Below are positions 30,186-37,948 of a stretch of DNA of 64,000 nucleotides, piece by piece; the first letter of the stretch is position 1; each line of letters begins with the position of its first letter. This DNA comes from Gammaproteobacteria bacterium (GTDB taxonomy: Bacteria; Pseudomonadota; Gammaproteobacteria; Eutrophobiales; Eutrophobiaceae): contig CBDCDS010000003.1 in NCBI GenBank assembly GCA_965215365.1, positions 448,001-512,000 of the forward strand. Reading direction: 5' to 3'. The position numbers and the translations under genes were made by a program. The notes beneath the pieces were generated by a model. It saw nothing but the letters and a program-made list of their open reading frames with translations, had not been told where the DNA came from and made no database searches.

Positions 30186-31901
30186 TCTCGTCGTGAATTG
30201 CGGAAACTCGATCAATTCGCCGAGAAGAAACCGGCCCAGCAATCGGGCCTGTACCTCGAACAAGCGGCGATAGCTGATCTTGTAACCGAACAGGGGATGG
30301 GTAATCTCCTGACTCAGCCGGCGTTCATAGGCGCTGATGAAGCGCTTTCTTCCATCCGGCGTCAGGTTGACGCTACCGGCAGCGTATTTGAAATCGTCGG
30401 GGCTTACCTCGCCGTTGTTGATTGCCATCAGCACCGTAGAGTCGGCCACCAGCGGCCTGAACGGTTCCATCATGTCCAGCGACAGGGCCGGACGGCCGTA
30501 GCGTGGTTGATGGAAAAACCCACAATACACGTCAAAACCGACGGCGCTCAGGGTCACCGTCCAGGTGCGGGTCAGCAGACTGTAAGCGTAAGAAAGCAAA
30601 GCATTGATGGGGTCTGTCGGTGGGCGGCGGTTGCGTTTATGGAACTGAAAGGCAAACTCATCCGGGTTTTTTCTCTGTGCAAGCAGGTTTTGAAAGGCGC
30701 TGAAATACCGGCTTGCCGCATTGCCTTCAACGCCCAGCAACTCAGGCATGGACGCGACCCGGCGGGTGCGCTCGGCGTCACGTCTGAACAAGGCGGAAAG
30801 GTTCCCCGGACGCTCCCCGCGTTTCCAATTCCTGCGCATGATAGTGTGAGAATTGAGAATCTTGGCGCGCACCAACCCCTTCGATAACGACAGACAGATT
30901 TGTTCATCGAAACTGGCTTTGAATTGCGCGATGCGTAGTTCAACGTTTTTGTGCCCGGTGCCGACGGTATGTCCCAGAAACCAACCGCCGTAAGAATGCC
31001 AGGTTATCGGTATGCCCCGGCGCATCAATTCATGCAAGCTGGGAGTAGTCAGGTAAACGTTTCCCATCAGCGCCAGTTGTGAAACTTCCGCCAGACGCGC
31101 CCTGCGCACTTTTTTATCCTCAACTGAAATCTCCAGGGTTTCCCCTACTTTCGCGACCTTGGCCTTGTTGGCCTGCACATAAACAGGCAGCGCATCATCA
31201 CGCGCAACGCTCAATGGCCTGGGTGGTGTTTGCGCATGTTTCAGGAAATTTACCTCATCGGGTAGACAGATGCCGACCAGGGAACAACGCGGGCATTTCG
31301 GGCTGTCTTCCAGTGGCGGCGGCATCTGCCCGCCGGCGGCGATGAGGCGTAGCCCGGATACTGCTGACAGGGTCTGTGCTTTCAATTCCTCGTCGAAGAC
31401 CACGCGCACCCGCTCCCTAGACTCTGCGTAATACAAGATACCCTCATCGCACTGGTAGCCGTGTTCCGCCAGCAACATGCCTTGCAGACACAGTTGCACC
31501 CGTTCCGGGCTGTATGCACCCCGGGCCACATGGGGACGCTTGCCCTTTTTGTAGTCCACGGGCTTGACCTGATTCCCTTCCCCTTCCACCAGATCCAGTT
31601 TTGCGATAACCCCGAGCTTGACGGATGATAGCGTGATGGAACGCGCGTGAAATGTGTCTTCAGCTTCCGTAGCGTCTGGCTCCGGCAGTTTCCCTCCCGG
31701 CTTATCAACGCGGCGGTGTTGATATTTGCCCTGCACCGTATCGAAGGAATCCGCCCACTCCCCCTGCACCCACTCTAGGTACGCAAGCCGGGGGCAATAT
31801 TCAAATTCATTGACCATGCGCGCCGGCAACAGCGGCATATCGGCATCAAAGACCGGCAACGGCAGGGGTAATTCCTGCTGAATGATCTGTTCAGGTATCA
31901 T
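30183..31901 (-). CDS. cas1: Cas4-Cas1 fusion
   Basis: Cas4 EYCPR...CPRCSLVGIC. Cas1 LLGVEG, NRRPPTDPINALLSY, LSLDMMEPFRP. Confidence 0.96.
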   Translation of the reverse strand: MIPEQIIQQELPLPLPVFDADMPLLPARMVNEFEYCPRLAYLEWVQGEWADSFDTVQGKYQHRRVDKPGGKLPEPDATEAEDTFHARSITLSSVKLGVIAKLDLVEGEGNQVKPVDYKKGKRPHVARGAYSPERVQLCLQGMLLAEHGYQCDEGILYYAESRERVRVVFDEELKAQTLSAVSGLRLIAAGGQMPPPLEDSPKCPRCSLVGICLPDEVNFLKHAQTPPRPLSVARDDALPVYVQANKAKVAKVGETLEISVEDKKVRRARLAEVSQLALMGNVYLTTPSLHELMRRGIPITWHSYGGWFLGHTVGTGHKNVELRIAQFKASFDEQICLSLSKGLVRAKILNSHTIMRRNWKRGERPGNLSALFRRDAERTRRVASMPELLGVEGNAASRYFSAFQNLLAQRKNPDEFAFQFHKRNRRPPTDPINALLSYAYSLLTRTWTVTLSAVGFDVYCGFFHQPRYGRPALSLDMMEPFRPLVADSTVLMAINNGEVSPDDFKYAAGSVNLTPDGRKRFISAYERRLSQEITHPLFGYKISYRRLFEVQARLLGRFLLGELIEFPQFTTR

Positions 31902-31946
31902 CGCTCAGGCGCCGCCGGGCGGGTTCGAGGGGCGCGGGCGCGCCGG

Positions 31947-32030
31947 TCAGACCTTGAACCCGATTGCCTTGGCCACCGAACGCTGTCGCTTATCCAGCGT
32001 GATGAACCACATTTCCTCCGTTGCGCTCAT
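31947..32030 (-). pseudogene. Internally deleted PIN/VapC toxin remnant
   Basis: MSA-TEEMWFITLDKRQRSVAKAIGFKV resembles a VapC start joined to a VapC C-terminus. Confidence 0.55.
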
Positions 32031-32289
32031 CCAAGAACCGATGCAACGCGCCGGGGCGGTGTGTAATGGCTGCAAAACGCGGTTCGGGCTGGCCGGACGC
32101 GACAATAATACCCTGTTTTTTAAGTTCATCCAGCCGGTCTTCGATAGTCTGAGGAGGAGGTTGCGTGGGACGAATCTCGGCAACTGGCTCCCCGCGATAA
32201 GATACGGTGACCGTTCTACCATCCCGAACATGGCGCAATACCTCAGAGAAACGCGCCTTGGCTTCATACGTTGAATAAGTAAGTTGCAT
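31990..32289 (-). CDS. Phd/YefM-family antitoxin
   Basis: YSTYEAKARFSEVLRHVRDGRTVTVSYRGEPVAEIRP. Confidence 0.85.
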   Translation of the reverse strand: MQLTYSTYEAKARFSEVLRHVRDGRTVTVSYRGEPVAEIRPTQPPPQTIEDRLDELKKQGIIVASGQPEPRFAAITHRPGALHRFLDERNGGNVVHHAG

Positions 32290-32305
32290 GGTGTCGATAA
32301 ACCTG

Positions 32306-32530
32306 TCAACGCTCATTCATTTTATCCCTGCTGAACTTTCGCCCTCCTGTTGTGAGGCCCTTACGCAATGTCCGGATGGTCTCCAGCGCCGCTCTGCTTT
32401 GTTGGGGAGAGCAGACATACTCTTGCAACCACAACCGGAATTGCTGGTTCAATGTCGTGTGTTCGAGCAGCGCGCGCCGGCGCGCAGTTTCAATCAACTG
32501 TTCACTGGCGCTTAAGGTGATATTTTTCAT
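32306..32530 (-). CDS. Small RHH-like antitoxin (VapB-type); its PIN partner is reduced to MSVDRFIDT (32290-32316)
   Basis: MKNITLSASEQLIETARRRA...TTLNQQFRLWL...RKFSRDKMNER. Confidence 0.7.
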   Translation of the reverse strand: MKNITLSASEQLIETARRRALLEHTTLNQQFRLWLQEYVCSPQQSRAALETIRTLRKGLTTGGRKFSRDKMNER

Positions 32531-32687
32531 GTGCAACGACCGATGTGTGATTACACGGGTATAGTGTACACTGTTTTAGTGTTACAGAACATGTCCGCCC
32601 ATCGAATGCGGTAAAAAAACAGCTTGTCGGCGCGCTGTAGCCGGCAGCGCCATTTGGTTATCTGCCGTCCGGCTTGAAACGAGACAG

Positions 32688-33875
32688 CTATTCAGGCTGC
32701 GTCACCTGCTGCTCAATATACTTCATCAGCGAGGGGATGCCCGGAGTCCAGTTGCTCTCGTTATCGGGGTCGCCCTGCCAGATATAGCCGAGTTCATGCA
32801 GTATTGTTTCAACCTCTTCCGGCGTCATCTCTGGCGGCAAATCGGCTTTGCGCAAAAGTTGTTCCAACTGGTGTTCAGAGAGTGATGAGTTGCCTGAGAA
32901 GGCTGAGCCGAGAATCGTGGCAAGCGGAGCGAGCCGAGCTTCCTTGATCTCGTTGTAGCGGTCCCTGTAGAAATATTTTTTCCGGGTCTCGACTTCATTG
33001 TGTGCCAGCGCCGTTATGTGCTGGTCTATGCGCGTCCGACCGCGTTGTTTGAGCGCACCAAACAGCCTATCGCCCCATAACTGTACAAAATAAGGGTAGC
33101 CTTGCGTATCCCGCATAATGGCTTGCAGACAGTCTTCTTCACAGGTGATAGGGTATTTTTCCAGAGGCTTAATCAGGGCGTCTGCCGTATCCCGATACGA
33201 TAACAGGTTCGGGTAAAACCGCTCACTGCGCTCCCAGAAAGTGGCGCCCATGCGCTGCAACTGCTTTTGCAGCCCCGGCGTGCCGGCCAGGATAAGCAGA
33301 AAAGGCGCCGCCGCCCGTGTTTTCTGGCTTGCGTTCAGGAGCGTTCTACCGGTCTCAATATCCAGCGTGTGAGCCTCGTCAACGATGACAACCAACGGTT
33401 TTTTCATGCACCGGGCCGTTAATTCCTTAGCCACCAGATTGCGGAATTTTTGCTGCTGCGCGCCTCCCGCCTGCAACGTCAGACTCGCCTCACCGAGAGA
33501 CATTCCCAACGCTTCCGGGGAGACTGTTGCGTCTAGGGAGATTTGCAGGTCTTTTGCGAATTTCGTGCGCCAGTCATGCCTGACAAGCTGGTCCAGCAGT
33601 AACTCAGTAGTCGGAATTTCATCCGGCGTCAGCCAGAGCGTGTCGATAGTCCTTGCGTCGCCTTCCTTGATAAAGCGTTCAAACCAGCGCAGCAGCGCAG
33701 TTTTACCGTTGCCTCGGGGAGAGCAGACAATCACGTTGTTGCTGGGCGCGATTTTTTGTTGCAGGCGGGCCAAGCAAGTTTTCAGTACCCGTTGCTCCTG
33801 CTCCCGGCCCGTCAGCTCAGGGGGAATGATGCCGTCGCCGGGGTTGAAGGGGCTGAGTTGGTGTTGGAGAATCAT
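32688..33875 (-). CDS. AAA-family (AAA_16/STAND-like) ATPase
   Basis: SPFNPG..PPELTGRE, SPRGNGKT, VIVDEAH, TQGYPYFVQLWG. Confidence 0.8.
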   Translation of the reverse strand: MILQHQLSPFNPGDGIIPPELTGREQEQRVLKTCLARLQQKIAPSNNVIVCSPRGNGKTALLRWFERFIKEGDARTIDTLWLTPDEIPTTELLLDQLVRHDWRTKFAKDLQISLDATVSPEALGMSLGEASLTLQAGGAQQQKFRNLVAKELTARCMKKPLVVIVDEAHTLDIETGRTLLNASQKTRAAAPFLLILAGTPGLQKQLQRMGATFWERSERFYPNLLSYRDTADALIKPLEKYPITCEEDCLQAIMRDTQGYPYFVQLWGDRLFGALKQRGRTRIDQHITALAHNEVETRKKYFYRDRYNEIKEARLAPLATILGSAFSGNSSLSEHQLEQLLRKADLPPEMTPEEVETILHELGYIWQGDPDNESNWTPGIPSLMKYIEQQVTQPE

Positions 33876-33962
33876 GTTTGTGAATATTTATCGCAAACTG
33901 TCTGCCTGTGTGAATACTGATGAGTTCATTGCGGAGTATTTGCACAGTTAACGGAAACTATT

Positions 33963-34907
33963 TCATACAGGATTTGCCGGTTTGAAATTTCTATACTTGC
34001 CAGTTGTAATTCTCCGGCTTCTGTAAATTTCAACGATCCCTCTGGCTGAAAGATTTTCACGGTTCGGCTGAGGCCTTTGTAATTCATCAAGGCTAATTAG
34101 AGATGTTATAGCATCAATGCTCAACGGCGTTTTCCAGATTGGCCAAGTAAATAAAACACCTTTGTCTCGACTCTTTGAAAAGCCTGTCGTATGAAGTTTT
34201 TGTCCCATTGGCAGTGTGGGAAAAAAAGGCAGGGCTTCGATGGCAAGACGATTTGCGCCACGCATAGCTCGTATCGGGTCTCCTGCTGGCTCCTTCCAGC
34301 ACAGTGCGTACCTGCGATCATCAAATGGATCCCAGCGTAGGCTTGGCTTGGGGTCTAGATATTGCCAAGGTTCAAAAAGCGAAGACTGTAAATGTTCCGG
34401 TTCGGTATGTTCGACAAGTTTTCGCATAGAACCGATAAAATGTTGGTGTCCTGCCCCACTCATGGTCCGCAGGGCAGTATCCTGAATATTTTTGTCTCTT
34501 TGCGACACAGGCAGACTTTCACAGCCAAGGGCAGAAATAAAATCGGCGTACCGATGATCCGTAAAAATTGCCTTGTTCTGAGCATCATGGGTTATCCGGT
34601 AGAACTCCTCACAAGAGATTGTAAGATCATCATGCGGGAATAATTTGGCGGGATGTTTCTCTATAGCTCCTGACCCGAATGCGATCATCTGTATCAGTTT
34701 TTCCTCTGTAAGTGAAATATCCCCGGATATCACAGGAGACCAGCAACCTTGGTTCTGTTGCCAAAGCAGACGCCACTCACGTGGTGAATCCGTTTCACAT
34801 TCATTCACAACTCGCAATGTACCCAAAGCTGCAAGAAACGCCAACGGGTTGGCTCCATCGAGTCCGTTCAAAAGCAGTCCTGAACCTGCATCATTCATCG
34901 GCATCAT
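33963..34907 (-). CDS. cas8g: Type I-G large subunit (Cas8u2/Cas8g2, Csb3-like)
   Basis: [38 protein letters not shown], located directly after cas3. Confidence 0.8.
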   Translation of the reverse strand: MMPMNDAGSGLLLNGLDGANPLAFLAALGTLRVVNECETDSPREWRLLWQQNQGCWSPVISGDISLTEEKLIQMIAFGSGAIEKHPAKLFPHDDLTISCEEFYRITHDAQNKAIFTDHRYADFISALGCESLPVSQRDKNIQDTALRTMSGAGHQHFIGSMRKLVEHTEPEHLQSSLFEPWQYLDPKPSLRWDPFDDRRYALCWKEPAGDPIRAMRGANRLAIEALPFFPTLPMGQKLHTTGFSKSRDKGVLFTWPIWKTPLSIDAITSLISLDELQRPQPNRENLSARGIVEIYRSRRITTGKYRNFKPANPV

Positions 34908-37900
34908 TATGTGTCTCCTCCCATTCACTACGCCTCCAGTCTGCCAGTCGTAGCAAGGCTTCGAGCCATGCCAACCCCCACCAGCCGTAACGCCGCACCA
35001 TGCGCCAGTAACGATCCGCAATACCGGAGTCCAGACGTTCCAGACCAGTAGCTCCGCGCCATTGCAGGTGATGACCACGCAATTCAAAGCCAGCTTCTAC
35101 CTCCTGCTTATCAATGACAACCGGGGCGAAAGGGCGACAATATCCATGGTGGCTGGCAACCAAATGGAGAACCAAATCGCGTAACTCCTGATTTTCCGGC
35201 AGCAGTGTGGGGGCACTTTCTGCCATGCGCACGGAGAGTAGCTCATGGCGGCCGCCTATTGGATATTCGGAGTTTTTACGGGCATTTCTATCTCTGGACA
35301 TCCTCGCGGACTTGGCTAGTGGCTCGCCCGGCGGCAAGGAAGACCCACCATGCAACAACGATTGAAACCGGGGGTCTGCCTTGCCCACATCATGCAGCAA
35401 GCCAGCACAGGCAACGGCTTCAACCAGTTCACCGTCAAGGCCGCAAGCCATCGCGTGATGGCGGGCAAAACTTTCAACACCGGGGAGATGTGTACGGAGC
35501 CGTACAGGCTGGCCGTTTTTGTGCGAAATACCGGATGCGCTGACGTCATCCTCATCGCTGAAGCTATCAGCTTCGGAGGTGAGTTCAGGAATCAAGCGAC
35601 GGCCACGGATTACGATCTGATGGTCGCTAATAATATGGCAGGCCTGCTCCAGTTTTTGAGCTGGAAACTCCTCAATGAGTTCAGCGGCGACACTAGACAC
35701 CCAAGAGGGTTCCGGGGCATTGATAAGCACAGATAACAGCTCGCGCAATGCCTCGATTATTTCATCCGGGTCTTCATCATACCGCTGTTGCAGATTGTTC
35801 AGTAGTGAGCATGCGCTTTCTTTGATCTGATCGGAGACAGGCCAGTCGTTGACCAGTTCACGATGCAGCCGCAGAATGGGCTTTGCCCGGTTTAATCTGT
35901 AAGCCCTGTCTCCGACATCTGGGTTGGCGCCTTCGGGCAAGTCACCAAGCTGGTCCCGCGGGTGTGGGTGCCCAACCGGAATAACGATCACGTCTCCAGG
36001 GTGTATGTCTGCGGGGTCTGCCGTGATATGTTCCTGTTTTGTTTCGCGCCCGCGCCATCGGATTATATTGGCTCCATGAACTGGCGAGATTGCCTCTTCT
36101 ACGTAAGCGCCCGCCTGCGCTCCCTCCAGGTCAGCGCTATTATCCTCCTCGCCACTCCCGGCCAACCAGTGCTTAAAGACCTTGAACGGTACAGGCAATG
36201 ATTCGCTGCTGCTCGGCGGACATAGAACCAGTACATCAGTAGCCTCTTTTTGACCCGCGTCATCTGTTAAGTTAAGGTCAGCGCGCCAACACACTTGCAC
36301 ATCCGCTGCCCCCTCACGAGGCCCATGCAAGAACAAGGCAACGTCAGGTGATGGATTTGGTGCCGGAGAGGTCTGCGCCCAGCAATCAACATGGGCGGGC
36401 AGCATGACGGGAGCGTTCACGGACGGAGCATTCAACTCAGCCAAGGCGTCATCCGCCGGTAATTTTTTTTCAAGAAAAGCAATACCAAAATCGACGGTAT
36501 CGTTTTCATTCTTATTTTCCTGCAGCCATTGCCAGGTTTTGCTCAGGGCCGCGCCATATACAGGGTCACCCTCATTTTTTTTAGTTTCGGCTTGATCGGC
36601 TTGCACAAGTATCGCCGCCTTCGCTTCAATGTCTCTACCGGTGCGGTTCAAACGGCCAAAGCGCTGGCGCAGTGCGTCCAGGCTGGCACATTCGCTCACG
36701 AGACCGTCAAAGTCGAGGTCCGCGCCTACTTCAAGAGTTTGGGTAGCCACGACAATATAAGGTTCCGGCAATGCTCGTTGCGCGGATTGGTCAGACCGCA
36801 AAATCTCTAAATACTGCTGCACAACTTCTTTATCAACAGGACGCATACGACCTGTCAGCAGGGTCACGCATTCTTTGCGGTCCGGGCGACAGCATAGCAA
36901 TCGGGCGACTTCACGCGCGGTGGCTACTCTATTTACAAACACGACAACAGCGCGTCGTTCTTCATTGATCAATTCTATTGCTGCCTCAGTCAGAGCTTTG
37001 GCTAATTTCGTTATAGCCTGTGCCCTGCTGGCACCTTTAACCACGCCAAGTTTCGCAGGTTTGGAAGCTCTGTAACGACGCCCCAACGGATGTTCGGGAT
37101 CGCTTTTTTCCTCTGACAAATCTTCAAATACATCAGTAATCCCCGGGGGCGGAGTGGCGGACATGACGACAGGGTAGAAAGGCCGTGACAGGGGTTCATG
37201 CGCCCAGGTCTGATAGCGTTGTATTGCCTGTAATGTTTGCAAAAACGGACGGGCGCAATGGGCCTCGTCCAGCAGAATTAAACTGTCGTTAGCAACAAGC
37301 GCCGCGTAGATGGGGCAGATTTCCGAGCCTCTGCCATAAGCCCGGAACAACAAGCGGGAACCTACTTGATCAACGGTCGATGCAACTATCATGGGTTGCA
37401 GGGGGTTACGCGCCCATGCCTCTGATCGATACATCCCCCCGCGCAAAAGGTGAGCCTGCAAGGGTCTTTCTTTTTCAGCATCAAAGACTTGTCCGCTGGC
37501 AATAATTCGCAGGTTATCCGCTACACGTTTGAGTATCCCCTCTTTGGCCTGCTCCAGTTTTCCTGCTAGCCTTTGGGCGCGTGCGTATGCTTCATCGACG
37601 ATCACACGCCGGTCCACTACAAAGAATATCCGGCGCGGTGCGGTTAAAATCTGCTTGTTCACCATTCGTCCTGCCTGGCTTGCCAGTGAGAATAACGCTA
37701 TATCCATACAAGCCGTTTTACCGGATGCGGTTGGCAGTGCAATGGCGCCGGGCCAGGGCATCTCTGGAGTTTGTTTTTCAGAGGCGGGGGAATTAGGTTT
37801 GTCTTCCGCCCTTTCCGGCACATCTCCCAACACTCTGTTAGCCAGTTGTTGCTGCCAGGCGAACGGCGGCTTGTCCTCTCCCCAGAGGGCAGTAAAAAAT

Positions 37901-37938
37901 TCGGGGAAATCTGCCGGATTTAACTCTGCAGGGGACAT
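34891..37938 (-). CDS. cas3: Type I-G Cas3 helicase-nuclease (C-terminal HD domain)
   Basis: LPTASGKT, DEAH, MSAT, QRFGRLNR, C-terminal LLHDVGKAD and HHG. Confidence 0.96.
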   Translation of the reverse strand: MSPAELNPADFPEFFTALWGEDKPPFAWQQQLANRVLGDVPERAEDKPNSPASEKQTPEMPWPGAIALPTASGKTACMDIALFSLASQAGRMVNKQILTAPRRIFFVVDRRVIVDEAYARAQRLAGKLEQAKEGILKRVADNLRIIASGQVFDAEKERPLQAHLLRGGMYRSEAWARNPLQPMIVASTVDQVGSRLLFRAYGRGSEICPIYAALVANDSLILLDEAHCARPFLQTLQAIQRYQTWAHEPLSRPFYPVVMSATPPPGITDVFEDLSEEKSDPEHPLGRRYRASKPAKLGVVKGASRAQAITKLAKALTEAAIELINEERRAVVVFVNRVATAREVARLLCCRPDRKECVTLLTGRMRPVDKEVVQQYLEILRSDQSAQRALPEPYIVVATQTLEVGADLDFDGLVSECASLDALRQRFGRLNRTGRDIEAKAAILVQADQAETKKNEGDPVYGAALSKTWQWLQENKNENDTVDFGIAFLEKKLPADDALAELNAPSVNAPVMLPAHVDCWAQTSPAPNPSPDVALFLHGPREGAADVQVCWRADLNLTDDAGQKEATDVLVLCPPSSSESLPVPFKVFKHWLAGSGEEDNSADLEGAQAGAYVEEAISPVHGANIIRWRGRETKQEHITADPADIHPGDVIVIPVGHPHPRDQLGDLPEGANPDVGDRAYRLNRAKPILRLHRELVNDWPVSDQIKESACSLLNNLQQRYDEDPDEIIEALRELLSVLINAPEPSWVSSVAAELIEEFPAQKLEQACHIISDHQIVIRGRRLIPELTSEADSFSDEDDVSASGISHKNGQPVRLRTHLPGVESFARHHAMACGLDGELVEAVACAGLLHDVGKADPRFQSLLHGGSSLPPGEPLAKSARMSRDRNARKNSEYPIGGRHELLSVRMAESAPTLLPENQELRDLVLHLVASHHGYCRPFAPVVIDKQEVEAGFELRGHHLQWRGATGLERLDSGIADRYWRMVRRYGWWGLAWLEALLRLADWRRSEWEETHNDADE

Positions 37939-37948
37939 TCGCGGGTTG

